A DNA stretch of 64,000 nt. Source: a virus. The DNA lies in the IMG/VR virus record IMGVR_UViG_3300044608_001826, positions 1 to 64,000 of that record, one strand, 5' to 3'. Of this stretch, positions 37,312-46,127 are shown one piece after another (the stretch's first letter is position 1; each line of letters begins with the position of its first letter). The position numbers and the translations under genes were made by a program. The notes below the pieces were generated by a model. That model did no database searches and had not been told where the DNA came from. It saw nothing but the letters and a program-made list of their open reading frames with translations.

Positions 37312-37586
37312 GATTGTATTAAGGTGCAACCTGACAAGGGTTGCTGACATTTAGTGTCACTAAATTGCCTTAGTTACAGACAAGATACCTACTGACAAGT
37401 CGCAGTATAGTTGCAGGGTGTGAGCGGACAAGGGTTGCTTGTCTGACCTATGGCCCACAGTTACAACTTGTGGGGGAACTTCCGCGCCCACTTCATTGCT
37501 TAAGTATTAAACAGCTGAACATAACTAAGGCGAGGCAATCGCCACACCAGGGAGTAAGAACTACTTTGCCCTTAGTTACACACAAC

Positions 37587-37605
37587 TATTCTATTGTCAA
37601 GGTTC
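37587..37605 (-). promoter_or_regulatory. boxA-like antitermination element 2
   Basis: GAACCTTGACAATAGAATA versus cyanobacterial rrn boxA GAACCTTGA(A/C)AA. Confidence 0.6.
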
Positions 37606-37747
37606 GTCAACCTTGAGACTTCTACAGTTCCGGCGCTCACGTTCGGTCACACCATGCCTGCCATTGCCTACACTTCAGGGGCTCCCTGGTGGGAGCTCCC
37701 TACCATCAGCGGCAGAGCGTGGGAGCCGTTCGGCCATCCCGGATCCG

Positions 37748-37788
37748 TATTCAGTTCTCAAGGTTCAACCGAAGCGCTTTGCTTCAGT
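37748..37788 (-). promoter_or_regulatory. boxB-like hairpin plus boxA-like element 1
   Basis: actgaagc-aaagc-gcttcggt hairpin followed by GAACCTTGAGAACTGAATA. Confidence 0.6.
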
Positions 37789-38241
37789 GACCTAAAGGTA
37801 TCCGGTAACCGGTTCGCCAGTCAACCTCTTCTGACCGGTTCACGGATTGGCACACAGCACACGATGCTCACCACGTCCGCAGAACCTAGAAGGAAACGCG
37901 AGCGCACGCGAATACTATAGGCAGCGCCCAGCCGTCAACTGGTTTCGCAAATTGAAATAATGTTACCTAGCCCGCACACTTTGCAGACTTGATGATAGGA
38001 TCTCCCTCTAATCCTAAAGGTAACTATACAAACTCACTGTGTATTATAAATACATAGGCTTGTTTGATATCTTTATACAAACTAGGGGCACCCCACAACC
38101 CGGAACTTCCTGCCCGCAATCGCCTTTTTTTTATATATACACATGGGGCGGCGGGGGCCGCTAGAAGGTTAATATTATTTTGCTGGGAAATTGAGGTAAA
38201 AATTTTTCGGCTGTTATTATGGTGCCAGAATTTTCGGCGCC

Positions 38242-38919
38242 ATGGCGACCTTAGTTGCAAATATCCCTCCCGTAAAAGTCTGGGTTCGGCGGGAATATCT
38301 TCGAGATTTACGTGACGGGCACGGTGAGTACACCCCAGGTTACTGGGTTACTTGCAAATCACTTACCGGACGGGCTCTTTACTTCGAGACGTACTTAACT
38401 GAGTACGGCGCTTTGTACGACAAGCTGCCGATCAGCGCGTTTCTAGCGTGGGAATCTGATTATCCCGATGCGCCTAGACCTCCCGAACCTGATTTAGAGC
38501 TGACAGACCTGCAGTTTTGGAACGGGTTTGATACGGGGCTTACCGTCATCGAGAAGAACTTGATCTACAACATGCGTTTTGAAGTCATGACACGCACTGC
38601 TGGTGTATTGGGGGGCACATACTTGTTCACAATCGACAATTACCATCCGCATAGGAACGAACCTGACCTTTATTTCGCTGAGGTTCCGGATGAGCACAAG
38701 TCGCACAATCTTGTTGTTTTGGACAACGGCCAAATTGGGGCTTATCCTAATAATCGCTGTCGAATGGTTGACCCATCTTTAACCAATAACGACCTCAAAA
38801 CACCCGATTTCAAGGTCTCTACGCGCTATTTCGACGTAGAAAACGCCCCGAAATGGGGTCGTTTGGGTGAATGTGATGATTATTTTTGGAAAACACCCCA
38901 AGAGCAAAACCCCACCTAG
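38242..38919 (+). CDS. conserved aquatic-phage hypothetical protein
   Basis: LVAN.PP..VWVR.EYL.D...GHGE, YDKLPISAF, EHKS.N, YPNNR. Confidence 0.75.
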   Translation: MATLVANIPPVKVWVRREYLRDLRDGHGEYTPGYWVTCKSLTGRALYFETYLTEYGALYDKLPISAFLAWESDYPDAPRPPEPDLELTDLQFWNGFDTGLTVIEKNLIYNMRFEVMTRTAGVLGGTYLFTIDNYHPHRNEPDLYFAEVPDEHKSHNLVVLDNGQIGAYPNNRCRMVDPSLTNNDLKTPDFKVSTRYFDVENAPKWGRLGECDDYFWKTPQEQNPT

Positions 38920-38943
38920 GCTATACCTATCGGCTCAGGGCTT

Positions 38944-39261
38944 ATGTTGTCCGCAGATGTACGCCTTCGGGTCGAATTTATCTGTCAACGTATCTCTAAA
39001 GGGCAAGAAGTTCAGCTAAACGACATGCAATGGGTCCAAAAATGGGCCAACTGCAATCACTCCGTGGACGCCATGCTGCGTAAAGCGCGTCGTACGGCGA
39101 TCAACGGCGACCAGCCTGCAGACAGTTTGGACGGTTTTATGCAAAGTATGGATTTAGGGGAGCCAAATCCTTCTGATCAGCTTCACGGAGCCCAAGATCC
39201 AACCACGTTGGCTGAATGGTTTAGTCAAAAACGTAAATGGTTTCGAGGATCTGTTGATTAA
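38944..39261 (+). CDS. conserved cyanophage/picocyanobacterial hypothetical protein
   Basis: LS...RLR.E.IC..I..G.EV.L.DM.W..K, LD.F...MDLG.P.P. Confidence 0.7.
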   Translation: MLSADVRLRVEFICQRISKGQEVQLNDMQWVQKWANCNHSVDAMLRKARRTAINGDQPADSLDGFMQSMDLGEPNPSDQLHGAQDPTTLAEWFSQKRKWFRGSVD

Positions 39262-39269
39262 TTTATTTT

Positions 39270-39596
39270 TTACTCAAATCGGACAAATAATTCGTTTGGG
39301 TGTTCTTCAAAAAATTCTAGTGTTGCTGGACATAGCCATCCTTTCATGGAATTTTCATAGGAATACCACGCTCCGCCGTGCTCCATCTCTATTTTTATAA
39401 GTTTTCCGTGTGAAAGAGGGAAGTCACGCGATGAAAAAATAATTCTATGCGACTCTTTTGAAGGGTCACTGAAGTTTTCAATAAAAAAATCAATGATTTC
39501 GGGGATTCCGCAAACAAAAGGTTCGTCCTCAAGTCCTCTGGAGAGATCTGTAAAGGCCCAGGTGTCGCAGTGACGGTAAATTTTGATTGACATCAT
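39270..39596 (-). CDS. DUF6717-like protein
   Basis: W.F.D...GL..EPFV.G..E.ID, GG.WY, GWLCPA...FF...P..L. Confidence 0.7.
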   Translation of the reverse strand: MMSIKIYRHCDTWAFTDLSRGLEDEPFVCGIPEIIDFFIENFSDPSKESHRIIFSSRDFPLSHGKLIKIEMEHGGAWYSYENSMKGWLCPATLEFFEEHPNELFVRFE

Positions 39597-39716
39597 GGCG
39601 TTTGGCATGTGATAAGACGTTTTTGTGATGACATACAGAGTATACAGTATCGCGGGTGCCCTTTACCCGGTCTTTCTTGTTTTTTGTTTTAAGATGTAGA
39701 GAGGGTTTCTAGCTGC

Positions 39717-42002
39717 ATGTACTCGTACGGATATAAAGTACCTGAATTACAAAATCGTGTTGCTCGTCAAAGACAGCCTATAGAGCCCGACGCCACCGTG
39801 GCAGACGCTGTTCCTACAGGAGCTGAGTCTGCTGTTTCTAATACTTCCTCAGAGAGTACCCCTTCTCCAGCTCCGCAGAGGTCATTAAGTCCTAGAGAGT
39901 TTTTTGAGTCTCAGATTCTTCCTCAAGTTAGAGCTGTTATAGGTGATTACGGTGTTCAGGATGCGTATACACAAAATATAAGGGAGAATACGCGAATACG
40001 CGACTTACGGGATTCAGAAGAAACAGAAAGAAGAAACTTTGAGCGGCTTCGAGGAACTCCAGTCTCGGCACCTGTTCAACTTCCTCAGCTTATTTCCTTA
40101 CAAGGGCTTGGTTCTGCACATACTCAACCCGGAATTCCTGGTCTCTTTGCTCAGGTTGAAGCCACTAATAAAGGAATAGAAGGTTTACGCAAACAAAGAG
40201 TTGCTGATGCCTTTGGTGATTTGCTTACAAAATATCCCGAACTTAACCGAGTTCTGTATGCGGAACCTGCAGGACAAGCTAAAGCTTTGCGTGTACGCAA
40301 GTCGGGTTTTGAGCCTTATTTAGATTATGTAGATAAAACACAGGTATTTTCTTCTCCTGAATCTCGTGCTGGTGTTTATAACGAAATTATCAATGATTAC
40401 GCTTCTTTTGAAGATGATCCAGATAAACGTTCTTTACTCGGGGAAGCGCTTAGGGGCGCTGAACAAGATTATACGAGCGGTGACCCAGAACGCCAAGACA
40501 AAGCTCGACAATTCTTAAAGAGTATATTGAATGACCCTGCAACGCTTGAGCGCATAGAAACACCTTCATTTCGTGAAAACCGACCTGTTATTGGCGGCGG
40601 TGGCTATGAACCTGTAAAAGATAACCCTTTAGTAAAAAGAATAAATCAAAGAGCAAAAGATTTTAACCAGCTTTACAGTCAATTAGATCTTCAAGATAGG
40701 CTTGATATAGCTAAGGTTTATCCTGGTCTTCAAGCTTCAAGGTATAAGGAAGGAGATCAAGCAGGTTTTTATCTGGACCCGGATACTAAAGAAGTTTCCA
40801 TTGTCGATTTTGATGATCCCAATGCTTACGGGGTCGATGTAAGTATGTATGTTCCTGGGAGTGTATCGCTAGAAGAATTTGATAAAGACAGTATAGGTTC
40901 TGAAATATCTAAGAATGCTTTGCGTTTCTTAGCTGACTATCCCGTCGTCGCTCAGACAAACGTCAGCTTCTCCACAAGGGAGCCTGGTTACGGTGATGTT
41001 GGTTATAGCGCTAAGTTATTACCTCCTGAGCTTGTTAATCCTGTAACGTCATTTGTTTCAGACACAGCCTTCCGTGGGCTTCGACCAGGAACACTTGTTA
41101 CGAATAATCCGCTTAGCTCTAGCGATTTATATGATAAAAGGATTGAGGAAGGTAAATCAGAGGCTGAGAGCAACACCCTACGCCGCTTACAACCTTTTAT
41201 TGACTCAAGAAGCCCTCTCCCTAATCTGCGTGGATTAGCTTACACTTCAGCGGGTTTTGGCCCTGTAACCAAGAATAATACACAAGTTTCTTATATAGAC
41301 GATAAAGGTCAAGCTATACCAATTCAACTGGAACGTACTGAAGTTCCATTAAGAGGTATTGTTGCTGTTCCTGATGCCGGAAGTGCGTCTGTATATTCCC
41401 CCGCGCTTCCTGCTTCTGTTACTCCTCGTTATTACGGGTTTGATCCTATTTCAGGCGCAGCTTTAGGTGGGGCTGAGGTATTGCGCAATCTTCGTCGCAC
41501 CCCTTCCGCTCTTCTCCCCGGCGCTGCTGATTTAATCCCAAGTCCTGAAGCCATCCAAACAGGATACCAGCGTGGGCCAGCTGCTATGGGCAAACAAATG
41601 GCGCAGGAATTTGTACAGGGTTTACCCACTGCGGCAGGTGCTGCAATGTTGTTATCCACGCCAGCCGCTGCACCTTTTGCCCCTGGCATCGGTGCTGGTA
41701 TGGTCGGAACGGCAGGAGCAAGAGCTCTAAATGAAGTTGTGCGTCAAGAAACCGGTGAAGGGGTCGTACCTAAGGTTCGTCAGTTCCTAGGTACAGCGCC
41801 TCGTACAGGTTTATCTGCAACTCGGCAGACTGCACCTAAACCGTTAGTGGCGCAAGTTAAACCTCTCAGCAACGCTCAGCGTGCAGAAATTCAGAGGCAA
41901 CAAAATCGTAACGAGTTACAGCGTCGCATAGATTTATTCAAAGAACGAGTTAATCCTCGTCGCGGTGAATTTGGTTTAAGCGAGCTCTTATTCGGGCGTT
42001 AG
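39717..42002 (+). CDS. large hypothetical protein, probable internal virion protein
   Basis: 761 aa, P/A/G/R-rich, no recognisable catalytic motif. Confidence 0.65.
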   Translation: MYSYGYKVPELQNRVARQRQPIEPDATVADAVPTGAESAVSNTSSESTPSPAPQRSLSPREFFESQILPQVRAVIGDYGVQDAYTQNIRENTRIRDLRDSEETERRNFERLRGTPVSAPVQLPQLISLQGLGSAHTQPGIPGLFAQVEATNKGIEGLRKQRVADAFGDLLTKYPELNRVLYAEPAGQAKALRVRKSGFEPYLDYVDKTQVFSSPESRAGVYNEIINDYASFEDDPDKRSLLGEALRGAEQDYTSGDPERQDKARQFLKSILNDPATLERIETPSFRENRPVIGGGGYEPVKDNPLVKRINQRAKDFNQLYSQLDLQDRLDIAKVYPGLQASRYKEGDQAGFYLDPDTKEVSIVDFDDPNAYGVDVSMYVPGSVSLEEFDKDSIGSEISKNALRFLADYPVVAQTNVSFSTREPGYGDVGYSAKLLPPELVNPVTSFVSDTAFRGLRPGTLVTNNPLSSSDLYDKRIEEGKSEAESNTLRRLQPFIDSRSPLPNLRGLAYTSAGFGPVTKNNTQVSYIDDKGQAIPIQLERTEVPLRGIVAVPDAGSASVYSPALPASVTPRYYGFDPISGAALGGAEVLRNLRRTPSALLPGAADLIPSPEAIQTGYQRGPAAMGKQMAQEFVQGLPTAAGAAMLLSTPAAAPFAPGIGAGMVGTAGARALNEVVRQETGEGVVPKVRQFLGTAPRTGLSATRQTAPKPLVAQVKPLSNAQRAEIQRQQNRNELQRRIDLFKERVNPRRGEFGLSELLFGR

Positions 42003-42023
42003 ACTTGTAAAAAAGCATAAACC

Positions 42024-42515
42024 GTGGCGACTTCTACCACTTTTATACCAACCGATTCAAGTTTGGTACGTCAGAAGGCTTTAGATCTTTTAGACAATTT
42101 CATACGTCGAGGGACGCTTCGGGGTTATGGTTTAGGAGATTCGGATCAACAACAGCGATTTGAGGAGTGGGTCGAGTCGCCTGACACTGAGCCTCGAATT
42201 TATGTAGATCCTAATAAGCTTGACCTAAGGGAATTTCGTAATCCCTACGCACCCGTAAGTCCCGATGAGTTTTTGGAGCGTGATCGCTTTTTACTTACAA
42301 ATCCCCGTAGTCCTCTGACGCAATCTCGGGGCTCTGACCTTGCGCAAGGAATCCCCGTGGGAGAGGACCCTAACCTTCCAATGGATCAAGACCAATTTCG
42401 CGATTGGGTTAACAGGCAACGAGATCTTAGAGATCGGCCCATGAGAGATGCTCTTGCGCCTTACGGGGGAAGCATACTCGAATTGATACGTCGTAATAAC
42501 TTACGCGGTGTGTAA
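42024..42515 (+). CDS. hypothetical protein
   Basis: Follows 39717..42002 on the same strand. Confidence 0.6.
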   Translation: MATSTTFIPTDSSLVRQKALDLLDNFIRRGTLRGYGLGDSDQQQRFEEWVESPDTEPRIYVDPNKLDLREFRNPYAPVSPDEFLERDRFLLTNPRSPLTQSRGSDLAQGIPVGEDPNLPMDQDQFRDWVNRQRDLRDRPMRDALAPYGGSILELIRRNNLRGV

Positions 42516-42627
42516 TAGAAATATTCTCAATAAATTAAAATTAAAAAGATTCTTAATCTTCGCTGTTACACAGTAAACAGTATAAATAAATACATTTTCT
42601 TAGCGTAAGAGTAATCGCTAAGGAACA

Positions 42628-42792
42628 ATGACTGCGATTACTTATCGCGGGGTAACTTACAACCGCGAAGAGCATCACGAGAACTTCAAAGCGTGGTGGA
42701 CCTTAGTCCATCGAGCTACGCTTTGGCTTCGTTACAGAGGGGTGGCGTACCGTCCCGCTGCAAATTGCTCGGACTACCCCTCTGTGTTCTGA
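42628..42792 (+). CDS. DUF4278-like peptide (54 aa; not in ORF track)
   Basis: MTAITYRGVTY...LRYRGVAY carries two YRGVxY motifs; agga RBS upstream. Confidence 0.75.
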   Translation: MTAITYRGVTYNREEHHENFKAWWTLVHRATLWLRYRGVAYRPAANCSDYPSVF

Positions 42793-42841
42793 TTGAAAGG
42801 GCTCATTTAGTGCTATAGTAAGCACAGACTGAACTGAGCAC

Positions 42842-43153
42842 ATGAGCTCTTACTCCAGAACGAACCTCAACTCTGTCCACTTGATCCCTACCGTCGCCGT
42901 TTGGCAGGGTTGGAAGCTGATTTTGGCGTCCTGCGCTGCGGGTGTCGTCGGTATCGGCACGGTTTTGTTCCTGAACGGGTTAAATATTGCGTTAGATAAC
43001 AGTGCTTTGCGGAGTGAGAAGGTTCAGCGCCGGGTTCTCTTCTTTGAAACCTGCCTCGCCACGTGGGAATTGAAGGGAAAGCCCCGTAACCAGGGTCGTA
43101 CGCACTGCAACGCTGCTGCTGTTCAGTACGTAAACAGCCTTCCCTTGAACTGA
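42842..43153 (+). CDS. membrane protein
   Basis: One TM helix LILASCAAGVVGIGTVLFL. Confidence 0.55.
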   Translation: MSSYSRTNLNSVHLIPTVAVWQGWKLILASCAAGVVGIGTVLFLNGLNIALDNSALRSEKVQRRVLFFETCLATWELKGKPRNQGRTHCNAAAVQYVNSLPLN

Positions 43154-43207
43154 GACTCAGATAAAACGCAAAAAACGGCTCAGGCCCCTTGTCTCCACTG
43201 CGTTTAT

Positions 43208-43435
43208 GTGCTTTATTGGGTCTGGCGTTCACGATTTCCTTTGGCCCGCCAGGTTCTACAGGCCGTTTGTCCGGTCTGTCACGCTCACTTCACATTAAAA
43301 GGCGCTCGCTTGCGAGTTTTTATGCAAACCAAAGCCAAAAAACCCGAACTTAAGGGTCCTTACTGCGGTTACCGCTGCTCCGCTAAAGCTAATATTTCGA
43401 TTGCTAACGATCGGAGGCGCCTTCAGGTTGTCTGA
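43208..43435 (+). CDS. small zinc-finger protein
   Basis: CPVC...YCGYRC. Confidence 0.5.
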   Translation: MLYWVWRSRFPLARQVLQAVCPVCHAHFTLKGARLRVFMQTKAKKPELKGPYCGYRCSAKANISIANDRRRLQVV

Positions 43436-43480
43436 TCGCCCCGTTTCGAGTAATCTCTAGCTGTCACCGACAGTTTTACT

Positions 43481-43556
43481 GCGCATCTAGCAATCTGGTG
43501 AATGCAGTCGACTCATAATCGACCTTAGGTGAGTTCAATTCTCACGATGCGCACCA
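43481..43556 (+). tRNA. tRNA with CAT anticodon (elongator Met or Ile2)
   Basis: gcgcatc/gatgcgc acceptor, gtcga-ctcataa-tcgac, gtgag-ttcaatt-ctcac, encoded CCA; the 1:72 pair argues against an initiator. Confidence 0.92.
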
Positions 43557-43557
43557 A

Positions 43558-43630
43558 GGCCGTGTAGCCCAACGGCAGAGGCAAGCGACTTAAAATCGCT
43601 CAAGTGTGAGTTCGAATCTCACCACGGCTA
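43558..43630 (+). tRNA. tRNA-Leu(TAA) with short variable region
   Basis: ggccgtg/cacggct acceptor, agcga-cttaaaa-tcgct, gtgag-ttcgaat-ctcac; no encoded CCA. Confidence 0.9.
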
Positions 43631-43646
43631 CTCACATCTATTTGTG

Positions 43647-43940
43647 ATGACAAAACCAAAAGCAAAACCTTTCGTTGTAGGGGATCGTGTAGCTGAGCGC
43701 CCCAAACAACGCACCCTTTTTTACAAAACGCCTGAGGGTCGCGAAAAAGTCGAGCGTGTACTTACGCAACGCGTGGGTACTGTTATTGGCCTAACGAACC
43801 AGAAAAATCGCAACGGAGCTGTCGTTCCCTACGTGACCGTTAAGTGGGACGACACTGAGTCGGTATCCACACATGCGAAGGCTCGGATTTGCTTTTTGGC
43901 GGATCTCGATAGACTGATTGAAGAGTTTAATCCTGTATGA
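43647..43940 (+). CDS. small SH3/KOW-like protein
   Basis: F.VGDRV...GTV......V.VKWD. Confidence 0.55.
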   Translation: MTKPKAKPFVVGDRVAERPKQRTLFYKTPEGREKVERVLTQRVGTVIGLTNQKNRNGAVVPYVTVKWDDTESVSTHAKARICFLADLDRLIEEFNPV

Positions 43941-44124
43941 GCTCTGACAGTCATGTAATCCTTATATGCACTGAGGACGAGCTTAAGGCTCTGTTTGATT
44001 CGGGGGAGATCACGGATGAGACCGTGCCCTTGCCGCTCTCCTGTTTGTTTGATATACTTCTAGAGCATTACGGGTACGACCCTCACTGGCCTGCCCCTAA
44101 TGATGTATATTAATTTAACTTCTC

Positions 44125-44514
44125 ATGAGACAGAAACCCCTTGAGCCCCCACTTGAGCTCGTTCAGCAGTGGGGAAACTCCAGCCAAGCTTGGTTTGAGG
44201 AATCAAATGATCACTGGGACTACGAGCAGCACATCGCAAATCTCGCGGCTAAATGGGGCGCTGATCAAGAACTGACAGCGTGTTGCGACTTTGCTCTAAC
44301 AGCGAAAGTATGTGGGACTCAGTTTCAACGCCAGATGCTGGTTCGTCAGTTAAAGGAGAGGCGTAGGCCAGTTGAGGAGAGTATTAAGGAGAAAGCTTTT
44401 GACGCGCTGTACACCATAGCCGTGGGGGATAAAGAAGCTCGATGGAACTTTAAAGAAATTGAGACTATTCGGCAGGCGCTAGAGTTACTTCCTAACGATT
44501 CGCGGAGAGTGTGA
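44125..44514 (+). CDS. array family A mini-protein (divergent copy)
   Basis: PP.ELVQQW / AAKWGADQEL.ACC / S.KE.A / IRQALE.L. Confidence 0.75.
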   Translation: MRQKPLEPPLELVQQWGNSSQAWFEESNDHWDYEQHIANLAAKWGADQELTACCDFALTAKVCGTQFQRQMLVRQLKERRRPVEESIKEKAFDALYTIAVGDKEARWNFKEIETIRQALELLPNDSRRV

Positions 44515-44723
44515 TGACACAGCAGCACCCCACCAGCATTCCGCCGGAGCTGGTGCGCCAGTGGCTGTTGGAGTATTACGGTGGCGATCTTGGTGAAGTG
44601 AGCCTTGAGGAGATGTACCTTGCTAGGTGTGCCGCTCAATGGGGTTACGAGCAGCACGAAAGGGAGCTGCTCGACGCTATGCACGCCGTAGTCCCGCAGC
44701 CTTACGAACCAAAAGCTGAGTAA
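44514..44723 (+). CDS. array family A mini-protein (short variant)
   Basis: MTQQHP..IPPELVRQW...AAQWG. Confidence 0.7.
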   Translation: MTQQHPTSIPPELVRQWLLEYYGGDLGEVSLEEMYLARCAAQWGYEQHERELLDAMHAVVPQPYEPKAE

Positions 44724-44742
44724 CCATTACCACTAATCACCC

Positions 44743-45147
44743 ATGACACAAGAACACCCCATCAACCCACCGCCGGAGCTGGTGAAGCAGTGGCGAGAGC
44801 AGGCCCCGCGTTGCCGCGACGGTGGCATTGCCCGCGAAGACTGGCTGATGACCAGCGCCGCCCGATGGGGCGCCGAGCAAGAGCTGGAGGCGTGCTGTGA
44901 GTTTCTTGGTACAAACAAGGAGTGGAACACAGTCGGACTTCTACGTGAACTCCGCGCCGCCCGTCGCCCCAAGCCGTCGAGCTTGAAAGGACGGATAGCT
45001 GCAGAGATCGAAAACGGGACTGCCTGCGACAGGGAGTCAGAGCGAATTACTCATGACGTTATCCGTGAGGTGGCAGCGTGGATTGATTATTTGGGATACC
45101 CCTCGTGCGCTGCTGAACTCAGAAAAGAACTCCCTCAGTCTCGTTGA
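44743..45147 (+). CDS. array family A/C chimeric mini-protein
   Basis: PPPELVKQW, AARWGAEQELEACC, RRPKPSSLK, then IREVAAW shared with 47474..47989. Confidence 0.75.
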   Translation: MTQEHPINPPPELVKQWREQAPRCRDGGIAREDWLMTSAARWGAEQELEACCEFLGTNKEWNTVGLLRELRAARRPKPSSLKGRIAAEIENGTACDRESERITHDVIREVAAWIDYLGYPSCAAELRKELPQSR

Positions 45148-45173
45148 GAGCCCTCGTAGCGGAACCCACTTCC

Positions 45174-45317
45174 ATGTCTGATAAGGAAAAACTAATTTAC
45201 TTCATCGAGCAGCTACGTGCAGACCCCGATGACCACAAAGATTATGAAAACACTTACGAAGATGGATGGATTGACGCCTGCAACGCCATTTTGAACCAGC
45301 TTCACCAGCCCTCATAG
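45174..45317 (+). CDS. 47-aa array peptide (not in ORF track)
   Basis: MSDKEKLIYFIEQL...YEDGWIDACNAI; flanked by ccctc(g/a)tag spacers. Confidence 0.55.
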   Translation: MSDKEKLIYFIEQLRADPDDHKDYENTYEDGWIDACNAILNQLHQPS

Positions 45318-45336
45318 TCGCTTCCACTAATCACCC

Positions 45337-45651
45337 ATGACATCAACACCAGATCTGACGACTGAAAACGACATCGCCTATGCCTTGTTTGATTCTGACG
45401 GGCAACTCCGGCCTGCTGCACGTCAGGTTTTGACCTCCTGCGGTTTCGTACCACCCGCCCCTGTTCCTATGAGCGAGCGTTTGCCGGGACCGGAGGATTG
45501 CGATGCAGAAGGCCGATGCTTTGTCTGGGACTGGCTAGCTACAGAGTGGAAGTTCCTGGAAAGGAGCGTATTTCAACAGGGTTGGGAAAGTGCTTACTGG
45601 CTCCCCCACCACGCGTTGCCGGTGCCGCAGCAGGAGGCCGACCGTGGCTGA
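45337..45651 (+). CDS. array protein with DUF551-like C-terminus
   Basis: PVPMSERLPGPEDCDAEGRC...WLPHHALPVP. Confidence 0.65.
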   Translation: MTSTPDLTTENDIAYALFDSDGQLRPAARQVLTSCGFVPPAPVPMSERLPGPEDCDAEGRCFVWDWLATEWKFLERSVFQQGWESAYWLPHHALPVPQQEADRG

Positions 45652-45886
45652 CCTCTCCTCCGCCGCGCAGGCAGTGGTCTGGGAATTCAACCAAGCAGCC
45701 AGCGGCAAGCCTGATGACTGGCACTACCTGCCTGCTATCGCCGCCGCCCTGCGAGCTGCTGCAGATCAAGTGGTGCCGGATGAGCCGCTTTACGGGGGTG
45801 ATCAGCGCTGGATGTTTGAGCGCGATGCCCGTCAGGCTTGTCGCAAGAAACTCCTCGCAATCGCTGATGAGCTTGAAGCCCAGTAG
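45644..45886 (+). CDS. array family B mini-protein
   Basis: LS.AAQAV / AAALRAAADQVVP / LLAIADELEAQ; GTG start overlaps the upstream stop. Confidence 0.75.
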   Translation: MADLSSAAQAVVWEFNQAASGKPDDWHYLPAIAAALRAAADQVVPDEPLYGGDQRWMFERDARQACRKKLLAIADELEAQ

Positions 45887-45962
45887 TCACCTTCGCTAAA
45901 ATGCTTAGCGATAGAACCTGGACCTCTGTTACATCCCCGAGGCGTATTACGTTCAGGTCATC

Positions 45963-46040
45963 CACCCGGTCCGAGCTAATTGGATAGGACGGTCACCTGC
46001 CGCTGCAGGGACGGTGCGGGTTCGAATCCCGTCCGGGTGC
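45963..46040 (+). ncRNA. tRNA-like RNA with aberrant anticodon arm
   Basis: cacccgg/ccgggtg acceptor, gcggg-ttcgaat-cccgt T arm, central cctgc-cgct-gcagg hairpin with a 4-nt loop. Confidence 0.55.
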
Positions 46041-46127
46041 TCAAATTGTGAAGAAGGTACCACACGGTAGTTTTTCTGGTACCATGGTGCGGCGGAACAA
46101 GCCGCTAAGGCCAATTCACTTAGTTAC

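Noticed and set aside
37594-37920. 108-aa ORF on the + strand
   Set aside because: TTG start, no recognisable motif, and it overlaps structured minus-strand regulatory elements
14861-42589. T4 gp55-type late promoters (TATAAATA at about 14861, 31481, 38046, 42581)
   Set aside because: No T4-like genes in the window; sites lie in AT-rich gaps and mostly do not face late genes
42515-42627. Glutamine riboswitch or HLR1 site upstream of the DUF4278-like gene
   Set aside because: No CGUUCA...GAACG or glnA-type core; the GTTACA/GTAAACA spacing does not fit HLR1
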